DNA of 64,000 nt from the human T2T-CHM13v2.0 reference genome, Homo sapiens, in the NCBI RefSeq assembly GCF_009914755.1, contig NC_060926.1, one strand, 5' to 3'. A program made the position numbers and the translations under genes. Within the stretch, counting starts at the first letter, position 1. The number at the start of each line of letters is the position of its first letter. A model generated the notes under the pieces. The model ran no database searches. It saw only the letters and a list, made by a program, of their open reading frames with translations, and was not told the DNA's origin. This document shows positions 1 to 12,821 of the stretch, piece by piece.

Positions 1-489
1 ATAGAAAAAGACAAAGGGTGAAACAGACACAAGAGAATTATCTTTCAAAGCAGACTCTACCATTCCTCCTAGGTACTGATTTTGTGGTATGTGTGGGCCC
101 CAAACTGAAAGAACAGAGACCATAGTAAACCTGAGAGCAATTTAAAGAATAACGTGGCTAGAACCAAAGTGGAAAGAAGAGATAGAAAGGTAGTGTGATA
201 GAATAACATGCAGGACTCCATGTGCCATAACTAAGTGACAAGACGCAAGCAAAAGTGTGAATTTGAGAACTGCCCCCAAGAGCATCATAGTACATGGTAA
301 CATTGGGCTGTGGAGAAGAACTTCAAACTGAAAAGGAGCAGGGGCAGATGGAGGTGTGGGAAATCTAAGGAATTTTGAAAATCTGTGTGAGCTGAAGTAA
401 GGAGGATAGATGTCTTCGGATACGAAAAAAGCAAATACAGGAACTAAGTCCTTAGCTCATAGCTTAGTTCTTTCATAATTCAGTTGCCA

Positions 490-1380
490 TTGTTCCATTG
501 TTGCCTGGAATTAAGATTTGTAGAAGAGAAGCCTGAGGTCATTCTCATTTTTGTTCCTTTGTAGGTATCTAAGTTGCAACTGCATTTCACAGAAATCCTC
601 TTGTGCACGGTTTTGGGTTAGTGTTGGCCATAAGAGAATTGTCTGGAAGTGAAGCTATACCCATTAGTCTCTGCACATCTATGGAGGGTGCCAGGTGCAC
701 CTGCTGATCACACTGATCACTGCTGATCTGTTGCTGCCTCAAGTTGTTGGTGTGGGGCAGCAGGGAGGCCTGCAGCATCTCAAGCTCCCACTAGATCTCC
801 TCCATAAGCCTCTCTGAGTCCAAACCCAGGTGGGTGTGCAGCTTCATAGTAAAGGTTTCATCTTCTACAGGTCATCCTCATCATTGAAGTTGAAGGCTAG
901 GAGAGAGAGATATGTGGTCCAGTTTGTCCTTGCATGTTCTGGTTTGTCCTTGACTCACATTCAACTTTTCTTCCTGATTAATAACCCTGTTAGTCTATAG
1001 TGACTTTGGGACCAACTCAACATGCAGAGGCAACCCCCTACCATGTTCTACTTTATTACTTTAGCAGCTCTCACAAATGTGTAGGGGCTTATTCTCATGA
1101 AACATCCCTAATTTTGTAACATTAGTAGTGGCTTTGTTTCTTTGGTAGAACCCTTCTGATAGAGGAAGCAAAGTGTTTCTTTGTACCTGGATATTTGTCA
1201 GTTTTTCTTCTCTGTCTTTATAATTGAAATCTTATTTTATGATATATCTTGGAGTGGGCATCTATTCACTAATTCACTGATTTTGCCTGAGATTTTTTCT
1301 TTTAATCTGCACTGAGTTTTTGTTTTTTGGATTTACTTGGACTCAGGAAAGCAGTTTTTGAGTCATCTCTTTAGTTTCAA
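490..1380 (-). mobile_element. Old L1M (L1ME-like) fragment, split by an LTR
   Basis: TGTTCCATTGTTG...GAGAAGCCTGAGGTCATTCTCATTTTTGTTCCTTTGTAGGTA resembles antisense old L1; similar T-rich L1-like sequence resumes at ~1170 after the LTR. Confidence 0.55.
575..1162 (+). mobile_element. ERVL-class solo LTR (LTR41/LTR52-like; subfamily uncertain)
   Basis: 3' end TAGTGGCTTTGTTTCTTTGGTAGAACCCTTCTGATAGA resembles the ERVL LTR terminus (…GGTAGAACCCTGACTGATACA). Confidence 0.55.
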
Positions 1381-1389
1381 TTGTTTATC

Positions 1390-1510
1390 AATAATAATAA
1401 TACTTACTCTTTATTGGATGTTTACTACTTGCCAGGAGCTGTGCTAAGTGCTTTCTAGATAAATTACATTCTTTATCTTATTACAATAAGCTTATGAAGT
1501 AAGTATCTCC
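1390..1510 (-). mobile_element. MIR SINE fragment
   Basis: TTTATTGGATGTTTACTACTTGCCAGGAGCTGTGCTAAGTGCTTT matches the antisense MIR 3' end. Confidence 0.75.
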
Positions 1511-4500
1511 CAATCAGTCACACTAAGTATTATGTTTGATTTCCTTTTGTTATGAAGTATGGAAGATAGAAAAGACATTGAAGATTTTTTTATCTTTTTT
1601 TTTACTTGCTTATTCATCTTTGAATAAGTCCTGATTTACCTAAACCTAGTTTGCCAATATGCAAGTTGTACGGATTGTGATTTATGCTATTTTCTGTTTT
1701 CTTGCACACTGGCCATATTCCCTTATTTGTCTATGTTGGCAGGTTGATGGACAAAGTTCTTAGTTCAAAGCCGAGTGCCTAGGCTTTTATCTAAAATGGC
1801 TGGCCTTTGCCCTCTAAGACATGAATAGATTGAGTACACACAAATCTATAATCATGGATATTTTCAACATCCATGACTCTGCCTATATTCTCTACCTCTT
1901 CTGCCTGTAGCATTTTTTTCTTGTGGGAACTACATCAACACCAGGTACTTCCTATTTCTATGTCATGCCTAATTATACGCTAGGAACTGTAATTTCTGCC
2001 TGAGTTTTGAGAGAGAGGTGACAACTCATGGGAAACAGAAAGGTGATGACAGTATTATTTTTTTCTCCAAAAGCAACATCAATCTATAAAGGAAAGGCTG
2101 CACAGTTTTTGATTGGTTTGTCCTTATGTTCTTCAAAATAGGCTGGAGGTAGGGGTGGGCACTCTTTGTTTCTGCAGACAAAGAAATGGAGGGTGTTGAT
2201 TAAATTTTTAAGTCCAGTTTTATTGGCTTTGCACTTATGCTAATTTGACTTTTTCATATCTCTGTCTGTTTGTTTATCTTCTATCTATGTTTCTATTTAT
2301 TAGTTGGGAAAATTTCATTAGGTCTGCTAGTCAGACACAGAATTAAACTGGGAGAGCTTTCCTCTCATCACCTCTATAGCTCCTTTTTAGTGATATGTCT
2401 ATTATCCTTAGATCACCTGACTTGGGGGCAGACTATACTCATTGGATGAAGGTTTAGCAACTCTCATTGAGTAAAGATAATCACAAGCTTCAAAGTGATT
2501 AAAAGGCATGCTAAAGAAAGATTAACACTAAATAGAGTGTTTCTTCTGGAATTCTGTGAAAGAACACTGCCAAGGGGACAGTTTGGGGATGAATGTGTGA
2601 CAAATTCACAGATATTCCTTGTGACAGTCACAAATCTCCTATGCATATCTTTATGATTGCTAAGGCACAATATTCCCATATTTCTCTATTCATGTGATAA
2701 TTTTGAATGTATTTCCCATAGATGAGGGTTTTCCATAGTTGATTTATCATAAATACTAAAATAGAATTATATTTTATGGATACTTCCCACTCTTCATTCT
2801 ACTATAAGCTGCATTAAGTCAACACAAGCTGTATTAGGCCAACACATTATTTCAATTTATATATAGCATAAAATTGTATATTGTAAAAAATTCAGGAGTG
2901 CCCTTCAGTATTTTGTTCTTTTTGTTTTGCTTTTAAAAATATGATGGATTCTTGTTCTTTCATAAGCAGAAAGAGAGAAGCTTTACAATTTATCAAAGTA
3001 AGTGAAATGCTTCCTTATGTTAGCATGGTATAGAATAGAGCTGTGTCAGGCATGTGGAGAACACTGGTAGTTCCTGAATGAATTTAAAAACAATTATTCT
3101 ACAGTAAAATTTTAAAATTTGAGTTAGAATTCACCTATTTTAAGTGTGCATAGCAGGCACATTTTCTAATAATGGAGACACGTTTTAAAATATATACTCG
3201 CGGAGTACATATATGGTTGGTGTTTCATGAGAGTTTTTCCCCATTAAGGGATAAGGAAGATGAATGCCAGAATTTTACTTTTTTAAGCACTTTATTTGGA
3301 GTCTAGCCTCGGCTTTATTTATCAATCGTCCAATGACTTTTGCAAAAACATTTTAAATTAAGCATCTATTTCTATGTCAATGACTGTTGAAATGCTGTAG
3401 CATGAAAGTCAACATAGACTGGACTATGAGAAGAATAATTCTGCCACCTCTTTATGCAGCAGAGTTTTCTAAATTAAGTTCATTGCATGGATAATTTCCT
3501 ATAACCACAGGGAGCCAGAGTTGGCTGGTTGGCCAGGAGAAAATTAACGAAAAGCAGAGAGGCCCGAACAAAGAGGGAATGAATGAGGTATACTGTTGCC
3601 TATTATAAAGGAAATAGACTAATGCCAAGATGAAGGGAGGTGATCAGAAGTTTACTCACTCAGGACTAAGTAATGATCCGAGGGAAATGCATGGTAGTTA
3701 GTGAGGAATCCAGACTTCAAGCTATATCAAGCATTGTGTTGGTGATGGACAGAGTGCCTATGGTTGTTTTGTTTGAATGATGCCCACTTTTCTAGGACTG
3801 TTAATGGTGTGTTCAATTTCAATTTAAAGCATTTCTATTGAGCTTTTGAATTATTGATCGGGGATGATGAAGGATGAGCCTACAACCAAGTGTGAAGTTA
3901 CTGGTTAAGCTGATGCTGGGTAAGGTCTTATCTGAGGCAAAAATTCAGCTAACAGAAGGGTTTTTTTTTTTTTTTTAATTTAATGATATAGCGTTCTTGT
4001 TAAAAACCAAAAACCCAAACTTGCTTCATAAGAAGACATGGAAAACAGCACAGTTCAAATCTAAGAAGTTGGTGCAACTCTCACTTAGGCATCACTTATA
4101 AAGTGTAGAAATTGTTTTCTGTGTAGCAAAAAGCAAAATTTCTGCTTCAGCATATTATCGTGGGGTATAAAATTCAGTACTTGCATTTTCTATGGGAAGA
4201 GATCTGTAGATGTGCCATAATAATAAAAAACTCTGTCTGGAAGCAATATGTTGATTTTTCGGCATATGTCTTTTTAAATTGGAAGATTTAGAATTGCATA
4301 AACAGATTCCTGGTGCTTCCTTCCTATTTAGGTGTGGTACTATTCTAAAATGAAGCAGGATATGGGATGGGTGCTAGCTCGAGGGGGCCTGATCCACAAG
4401 GGGGAGATACAATGTCTGAATGCAGGGCACAGATACAGCACAGCTGCTTTTGCCGCTTAATACAAAGAGAAAAATACATCCCTGACTGAACTATTTAACC

Positions 4501-4559
4501 AACACATTTATTTCTAAACTGCGGAGTTGACTTGTTGCTTGGTTATTCATACATTCTTA

Positions 4560-5600
4560 CATAAAACATGATAAAAAGACAATGCATTTATTGCTAACAT
4601 GCTGGGAAGAAAATGGTAAAGAAAAAAAATACAATTCATTGCTTGTGAACTCCTGCCCCTGTGCGCCCCTCCCCACCCTAAGCCCCCAAGTGGCTTTCAC
4701 TTTTGCTCAGTTCACAGTATCATAAACCTGAAACAATAAATGTCAATCCTCTCTTGATCACACATTAGCCCAATAGGCATTTTATTTTAACTAAACAGGC
4801 CACCAGTCACTTGGCTGCCAGACCTTCCTGGAGTTGCTCCTTAGGGTACAGAGTGCTTTGTTTTACTTAGGCATGGGAAGTGGAGGGAAAGCTCAAGTGT
4901 AAAGACAAAGGTGAAGGGAGGCATAACCCTATAGCAGCTCACTGTGGGTACTTTCCTGCTGTAATAGACGACTGTGTGTCAATGCACATTAATATTTGAT
5001 GCGCATCATCGTTATCATCCTTTATGTGCCCTTTCACAATATTGTGAAGCAGCAAGGTTGCTTCAGACAAGGATTTATGTGGCCAAGTGCAGTGGCTTTT
5101 ACTTGTTGAAATTAGCACACATCCTGTCCTTACAACGTCAAAAGGGATGCTTCTGTTTATATTGAATAAACAGGCAGAGGTTGAGTCCAGCCTTTTTTTA
5201 AAACACTGTATTATCTTGAGTGCATAAACAAGACTGACAAAACAGTTTTTCTTAAATGGCACACTGATGCATTCTGTATTCTGCTACTTGGAAACAAAGA
5301 CTTAGCTTCTGTCATTATAAAAGACCCTTGAAACAGATCTAGAAGTGAAAGCTTATGCATTGTGGGATAGACCGAAGAAGAAAACTGAAGAAAATGCTTA
5401 GATCTACAAAGACTTCTGTTCATTTTTATTTTCTTTTTCTGAAAATTGAATACAAGCACTGGGAAGCATTATTTGCTCACACAATGCCTGACCACATGTG
5501 CAAGCCATTAAAAGGGCGTAGCTCCCCTGCCATTTTGATGCAGTCCAAAATAAAAATATAAATGCCAATGGAACAGTTTCTCCAGATATTCTCCAGCTGT
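4560..5600. promoter_or_regulatory. Apparently repeat-free block with enhancer-like motif content (candidate cis-regulatory element)
   Basis: No repeat recognised; CACCC/GC box ~4655-4690, several FOX-like TAAACA sites, SOX-like ACAAT/ATTGT, multiple palindromes at 4997-5173. Motif inference only. Confidence 0.35.
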
Positions 5601-6547
5601 CCCTTGTATCATTAATTTTCTTTTCAAGTACAATAATTCACCCCTAACAATAACTTAAATAAGATTTTTTAAGAGGTCAGAAAAAATCCATGTTTAGAGG
5701 GGGGACAGTTCATGACAAGGGGGAATAAAGAGAAATCAGTATATGTGGCTTGTGCAAAAATAAGGATCTGAAATAATAACGACAGTCTTAATCTTGCAAT
5801 ATTTGAGGAAAATATTAAGGTCAACTTCTCATTATGGTAATTTTTCACAAAGACTGATTACCAGAATTTAAATCAAAGTTCCACTGCATCATTAATTCAC
5901 TTATTCATTCATTCCAAAAGCATGTATTCAGTCCTTGCTTTGTGTTGTATATTACATATGATAAAGGCATGTCAGGATATATATCAGAGAGGAGCGCTAT
6001 CCTTAAGGAGATTATCACATAGAACAGTATACAAAATAATATGTACATGAGTAACTATATAGAGAGTATACGAAAGAAAAGAACAAGTCAAAACAGAAAG
6101 ATGATGTTGGATGTGGCAGCAACATCTAAAATGGTCCTCAAGGGTCTTGCCTCCTGGTATTCATGCCCTTGTGTAATGCCCTACCCTTGAGTGTGGGCTG
6201 TAACTAGTAACTATTCTTGTAAAACAGGAGAAGTGATGGGCAGGGCTGGCTTTACAGGCATGTGGCCAGTGCACACAGGGCACACAGAGTCCTGAACTTG
6301 GTTTAATGTTCTGTTGTCATCAACTTGATATTCTTAATCATTTTAGCTTTGAATTTTGTAAATGAAGTCAAGTGAGACAATGGATCAGAGCATGAGCTCC
6401 ATGAGCTGTGTTCAATATGTGTGTCTGCCTCCTCCCCTTGCCACCTTGTTCACATAGATGGTTCTCAGTGCCTCATGAGCGCAGGATTCTGGTGACCCCA
6501 TGAGTCATGGGAACTCGTGAGACTCAAAGCAAGTACAAGGTAAGTGC

Positions 6548-6914
6548 TGTTATGGTTTGGCTGTGTCCCCACCCAAATCTCATCTTGAATTTAACTCCCG
6601 TAATTCTCCTGTGGGAGGAACCTAGTGGGAGTGATTGAATTATGGGGGGGGGGGGGGTCTTTCTTGCACTGTTCTTGTGATAGTGAATGAGTCTCATGAG
6701 ATCTGATGGTTTTAAAAATGGAAGTTTCCCTGCACAAGCTCTCTTTTTGCCTGCTACCATGCATGTAAGAGGTGACTTGCTCCTCCTTGCCTTCTGCCAT
6801 GATTGTGAGGCTTCCCCAGCCATGTGGGACTGTAAGTCCATTAAACCTCTTTCTTTTGTAAATTGCCCAGTCTTGGGTATGTCTTTATCAGCAGTGTGAA
6901 AACAGACTAATACA
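6548..6914 (+). mobile_element. THE1A/B solo LTR (MaLR)
   Basis: TGTTATGGTTTGGCTGTGTCCCCACCCAAATCTCATCTTGAATT…CAGACTAATACA; perfect 5-bp TSD AGTGC at 6543-6547 and 6915-6919. Confidence 0.95.
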
Positions 6915-7064
6915 AGTGCATTACTTCTATGAGTAAGTAAGGAGGAAGCAGATTGCCCCAACAAGATGCCTCTTTTGTTCAAACCAGAGCTTGTTTATCA
7001 CAGAGAAAGATGGCAATAATGTCCTGAGAAATACGAATGACCAAGGAACGCTATCATACTGTTT

Positions 7065-7086
7065 TGTGTGTGTGTGTGTGTGTGTG
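7065..7086. repeat. (TG)n microsatellite
   Basis: About 11 TG units read directly. Confidence 0.95.
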
Positions 7087-8180
7087 ACTTCCCTGGATGT
7101 GTGGAAGTTGACTTCCCTGGATTAGCCAACCATTTATACTGAAAATTATGACACTGGTGGAAAAAGACAGGGCAGACTGTATTTTCTTTTCCTTTCAGTC
7201 ATTTCTTATCAGCAAGCAAAGGTAGGCAGAGTTGGTAGAATGCGTGAGCATCATGATGTGCAATAAAAACAGTTAAATTCGTTTTGTGTAAGTTTCCACT
7301 ATTCTTGTAAGAATGAAATACACATGAATGTATAAGCTATGAGATACAAATTGTGTAATTTTGGTGATTCTATATAAAAATTAGATGCTCTTATATTTGC
7401 ATCTAAACCTGGCATAGTACAATATAAAAATGAATGGTAAAATTATGCTAATTATTTAAAATTTTAACCTTTCTCTACTCAGAATGACAAAGCAAGTAAA
7501 AATCACCATAGGAAGTCAAGAAAAAGACACCAACAGAAGAAAGAAAAAACCCTTTAAGGGAACTTCTTCCTGCTTTTTGAACTAGGGACTTCATATATTT
7601 CTTTTGCATTGGGCCCCACAAATAACAGGCCACAATGATGCTATGTTGCTTCCAAGACTAGATTATAAAAATAATACTCTGGCATCCACCTCTTCTCCCC
7701 CCTCCCCCCACGTCCATTCTCTACCTACCATCTCTTTCTTAGGGGTTGGGGGAAGGGAGGGAATTTCAGCCATTTTGTCAAGACACCTTGGCCAACAACC
7801 ACCAAGAGCCTGAGTATTGCCAGCAGACGCATGAGTGAGCTTGCAAGTGGATCTTCCCCCTGCTGAGCCTTGAGAGAACTGCAGCCCTGGCTGACATCTT
7901 GATTGCAGTTGTAGGAGGAACCCTAAGTCAGAAGCACAGCTAAGCCACACCCAGATTCCCAACCCACATAAACTCTGAGGTATAAACATTGTTGTTTTAA
8001 GCTGCTAAATTGTAGGATGATTTGTAATGCAGCAATAGAAAAGGAATACATTGAGATTCAGTGGAATGACAGCTTCCTCCCAAGGACTGAGGAAGAGTCC
8101 TCTGACCTAAATCTTTTAGGATGAGCATTTCGTGATGGAGGAAGTGGCATCACAGGTAGAAGATGCTACGTAATCTAGGC

Positions 8181-8638
8181 CAGGACAACATTTCCCAAAC
8201 CACTTTCTCACAGAACCCCATCATAATCTTAAAAATTATTGGAAGACCCCAAAGAGCTTTTATTTATGCATTCTATACATATTGATATTTATCATATTAG
8301 AAAATGCAATTGAGGCATTTAAAATTTGTATTTATCGATGGATTTAGAAACAATAACATACCCATTGCATGTTGAGATAGATAACATTTTTAAAAAAATG
8401 AATATGCTTTCTAAAAATAAATTCAGTGAGAAGAATGGCACTGTGTACATTTTTGAAAACCCCTTTAATCCTTGGCTTAATACAACAAAGCTGGATTCTA
8501 TACCTGCTTCTTCATTGAATCTGTTGAAGAGCACATATCAAGTAGCCTCTGGAAAACTCCACTGTGCATTTGTGTAAGAATGAGAATAAAAAAGGCAAAT
8601 AATATCTTAGTCGCTGGACCACACATTGAGACAAACCG
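8181..8638. mobile_element. MER119-like hAT-Charlie element
   Basis: CTTAAAAATTATTGGAAGACCCCAAAGAGCTTTT…GTAGCCTCTGGAAAACTCCACTGT…GGACCACACATTGAGA; 8-bp TSD ATCTAGGC (8173-8180) / ATCTAGGG (8639-8646). Confidence 0.8.
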
Positions 8639-8760
8639 ATCTAGGGCATGGAGATGAGAGAGTCCAGAGCACATACTGACTAAACCATGTTGAAGAAGGA
8701 AAAATAAGGTTATTCTCAGAAGGCTTGCATATCATAGTCAATAGTTTATTCAGTAGAGGA

Positions 8761-9150
8761 TTTGGCAGACATTATTTGCTGCCCATCCAAAAGCCATTTC
8801 TGCTCCCTTTCTTCCTTGCTAAAGAATCCTTGAATCTGTTCAGATATTAGAAGGTCATGAGTTGAGGGAAAGCATGTTGATTGGTGTTCCCTTTCCCATG
8901 ATTGCTATAAGCACACATATGTGACACAACCATGGTGATGAAAAGAAATCAGCTGTGGTTGGTGGTGATAGCAAAGTGTAAGCTTTCATTGATACAGAGG
9001 CTTACTCATTTCTGCCTTTGGTTATTGTGCTGCTTCTGCTTGCTGTAGCCTTCCTGTTTCAATGATGAGAAGGCCAAAGGAATCTGTGAGCTGACCCAGA
9101 GCCCGCATGTTGTTGACAAGCCACAGAGTTGCCCAACCTCTTTTATTGTT
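8761..9150 (+). mobile_element. Old MLT1 (K/L-like) MaLR LTR fragment
   Basis: TGGCAGACATTATTTGCTGCCCATCCAAAAGCCATT…CTTCCTTGCTAAAGAA resembles an old MLT1 5' end. Confidence 0.55.
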
Positions 9151-9674
9151 ATTTTGATTCAGGGAATTCCTGAAGATTCTGAAATTGTGAACTGACAAGC
9201 CCATGGATGTCTACAAAGAGTGAACTGATCACTGTGGGCTGGCCTTTGAGGCATCAGTGAGGTGATTATTAAGATAGTCAAGTTAAAGGTACTATGGGTC
9301 TGAACTACACTGGTGTCAACAGAAACAAAAAGAATACAGTAAATGTGAAAGAACTGTGGAGATAAATTTTTAGGACTTAGCAGCTGAGTAGATGGACATT
9401 GGCATGCACGGACAGGGGAACAGAAGGCAAGCATCAGCAATGGCATGGTTAATTCTTCGCCTGCATGATTAGAAGAATAGAACAGAAATACTGCAGGTTG
9501 GGCGGGGCGGGGAGTTGATGGGTTAAATTGGGACATACAGAGTCAAGAAACAGATACCTAAAATAGAGTGCATGTGGTTGGTGCTTACATAAATGTTTGC
9601 TGTGATCTGGGACAGAAATGATCTGATAGTCATAGGGTTTGTTTCCTCATCTCCTTCACATTTTTACTAAAATA

Positions 9675-9981
9675 TTGCTGCCTTAGGAAAGCCTTCCTTG
9701 GTCATCCTATCTGAAATTGCAATATTCATGACCTACTTCCTTAACACTCTTGTCCAATATATCCTAATAAGTCCTGTGTCACTTCTACACTATTTTTTTA
9801 CCTGAGCATTTATTTATATTAAACTACATATATGCTTACTTATTTATCATGTTTTCCTAATAGAAGGTAAGCTCAATAATGGAACTTTTTATCTGTTTTG
9901 CTCACTTTGTAGCTCCAGTGCCTGGGACAATGCCTGACACTTAGCAGACAGTCAGTGAATGTGTTATATAAATGAATGAAT
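9675..9981 (+). mobile_element. L2a 3' end
   Basis: TAGAAGGTAAGCTC…CCAGTGCCTGGGACAATGCCTGACACTTAGCAG…AATGAATGAAT tail. Confidence 0.85.
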
Positions 9982-10094
9982 ACTTGGAGCGTGAGAATCA
10001 GAGCGGCAAAAATATTTGTCCATAATATGCCTAAAGATAAAAACGGAAGCCTCAGAACTAGATAAGTGCATTGTAATTGAATGCTGAATTCACA

Positions 10095-10280
10095 GAGATA
10101 ACATCTGAGATTTATTAAGCATCAAGTCATGTCTTAAAAATTTTATATACATTTTAGGATTTAACTCTTATAAAAATCCTGTGGGTAAGTACTGTTGTCT
10201 CTCCCACTTTACAGGTAGAGAGGCTGAGGTTCAGAGAGATTAGGTAACTCAACTAAGGTCAAAAAGTTGGTCAGGGAGCT
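10095..10280 (-). mobile_element. MIR
   Basis: CCCACTTTACAGGTAGAGAGGCTGAGGTTCAGAGAGATTAGGTAACT core. Confidence 0.8.
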
Positions 10281-11107
10281 GGGCCTTTATATAAAACACC
10301 AAAATGAGCCCTTGTGTAGAACCCTTGAGAGAGATTTTAATCTAATGGCTGCAATTTTAAATTGTGTTCAGTTGTGGTATGTAGTTTTTCAAGGAAGATG
10401 ACCCACAGCCTTTCTTGCTTTCTGGCTTTGGAAAAGGTAGAGATGACCACTTAAACATTCAAGGAAAATAATCCCTGACTTTGAAATCAGAAGATCATTC
10501 AGATAATATACTTACTTATAATCATCCTCTCTAATGTCTGACTAAAGCAAGAGTAAAAGATTGACTGAACAGCAACAAATACTTTAACAGTTAAAAATAA
10601 AATTGATTGGTCTGTTGGAAACACAAAGCACTTTTAGCCCCATTGGTTTTCTACCTGAAACCAGAGTGAAGTGACCTGAAGGATCTCATAAGATATATAA
10701 GACCAGCAACTATAGGAAAGATGATACTTTTCTTGAAGTCATATATTGTCTAAGTTGAAGTTACATGACTTAGAAGGTCAGATGTGCCATCTTTTCCCTT
10801 AATGCCCCAGAGATTCTCTTCACCAAGAAAATGACTACATACTTATTTCATTTAAAACAGACTCAGCCTAGTGATGGTTTTCCTTCTTCTATAAAAAAGC
10901 AGGCTATTCATGAAGATAAGGACCCTTTTGGCTTTGCAACACGTTTTTAACATTTTACTCATGGACATGAGATGGTAAAACAAGATGAAAATGATTCTTT
11001 TATTGGGCATTCAATTAAAAAATGTCATGACTTTGCCATTAGTTTGTATAAATCCTAGAAATGAGTTTCAACGAGAGTGTGTTATTATGTTGGGAAAGAG
11101 ACGGAAG

Positions 11108-11450
11108 TGTATAACCTTGGGCAGATCGTTTAACTTCTCTCTGCTTTACAGTTACAAGCGGTAATACAAAGAGACAGGATTATATGATCTCCAAGGTCCC
11201 ATCCAGCCCATTTAACACGGTATGATTATTTGAGAGGCAATTTAATGAGGTAGTGAGAAGCCTGGGCTCTGGAGCCAGAATGCCTATGTTCAGATCTTGG
11301 CCCCCTTCACTTATCAGCCATAGGACATAGTGTAAGGAATGTACCTCCTAACAGTTTCTCCCCGTTTCCTCATCAGCAAAATCAGGATAGGAACACTCAC
11401 AGGGTCCTTTTGAGTAGCAAACAAAGTCGTCTTTGTGAACAATTGCTGTT
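11108..11450 (+). mobile_element. Two adjacent MIR/MIR3 fragments
   Basis: ACCTTGGGCAGATCGTTTAACTTCTCT…GATCTCCAAGGTCCCATCCAGC, then GGGCTCTGGAGCCAGAATGCCT…GTTTCCTCATCAGCAAAA. Confidence 0.7.
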
Positions 11451-11889
11451 AATTTTATATTATAAATAAACCTGTTGTTTTTTTCTCTAACAACAACAAA
11501 GTAACTTTCCTAAGATTCAGGATGGTATGGTTTTTCTTGGTTTAAGCTCTTTATTTAATACCTACACTAGTATTCAAAGTATAAAAATAGATTAAAGCAC
11601 TAATTTTGTTTTTACAAACCCAAACAATTGGTTTGATTGTGTTAATACCCACTCACCTCAAGCCCCCAGTAGAATAAGTGCTAACATGCATGGCCTATTT
11701 AAGTGTCTGCTTTGGAGTCAGATAAAGAATTTCTGTGATGAACTAAGACACTATCATACAGGTAATCAATAATGACAGAACAAATACGTTCCTCCAAATC
11801 AGTATAAATAATAAATGTTTAAGACATAGGCAAAGATACTTTTGAGATAAACTTCTTTAGATAAGCAATTCAAAGAAAACTGAGATTGA

Positions 11890-12075
11890 TGATAGTTATT
11901 ACGTATATTCCTAATAACTTCATATAATAGATGTTCAAATTCTCTTTATATGAATGAGAACCTGGTGACTCAGGAAGGTTAAGAAATTTGCATAAGGCCA
12001 CACAGCAGTAAGTGGACACACCAAAATTTAAGCCAAGCAAACTGATTTTAGCAGCTCAGCTCTTAATTAGACTGC
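11890..12075 (-). mobile_element. MIR
   Basis: ATGAGAACCTGGTGACTCAGGAAGGTTAAGAAATTTGCATAAGGCCACACAGC. Confidence 0.7.
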
Positions 12076-12475
12076 TTTTAGCACAAAAAAACCAGTTTGG
12101 ATTTTTTTTTTTTTTTTTTTTTACACAAAACCTGTGCTCTCTCAAAATACCAAGCTGCCTCATTAGATAAGTCTCTCCATACATCCATCTGTTTGGCCCT
12201 CCATCCATCAATCCATCCAAACATATTTTTCCCTATTAAATATGACCAGGAGGACTGGAGCTCTTGGTTCATGGTCAATGAATAAAGATAGGCAGATTTT
12301 TACATTTAAATTTTGATATAGTGTGATTATCCCACACCTATGATTTGGCTACAACTCAGTCACAAATTGACCATCTATCCTGGTAACAAGGCCTTTTGTT
12401 AGTGAGAATTCTCTAGTTAGTTTTTACTAACTAAAGAGGTTTGCACCTCTTTCTCCTTTAAAAAATCCTTTTTTT

Positions 12476-12821
<346 letters not shown>

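Larger units (their letters stand above)
6241..7631 (+). mobile_element. MER45B/C-type hAT (Tip100) DNA transposon, split by THE1
   Basis: Start CAGGGCTGGCTTTACAGGCATGTG…CTTGGTTTAATGTTCTG; end TTTTGCATTGGGCCCCACAAAT…GGCC match MER45 termini. Confidence 0.8.
6112..8050 (+). mobile_element. MLT1E/F-type MaLR LTR in two pieces (6112-6240 and ~7632-8050)
   Basis: 5' TGTGGCAGC…CTAAAATGGTCCTCAAG…CCCTTGAGTGTGGGC; 3' TTGTTTTAAGCTGCTAAATT…GCAGCAATAGAAAAGGAATACA. Confidence 0.8.
5890..8760 (-). mobile_element. L2 LINE remnant, host of nested MLT1, MER45, THE1 and MER119
   Basis: ATTCACTTATTCATTCATTCC…ATGTATTCAGTCC is the antisense L2 3' tail; L2-like purine-rich sequence resumes at 8051-8172 and after 8647. 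Confidence 0.6.

Noticed and set aside
6524-6982. 152-aa minus-strand ORF
   Set aside because: Antisense reading of the THE1 LTR, a common spurious ORF
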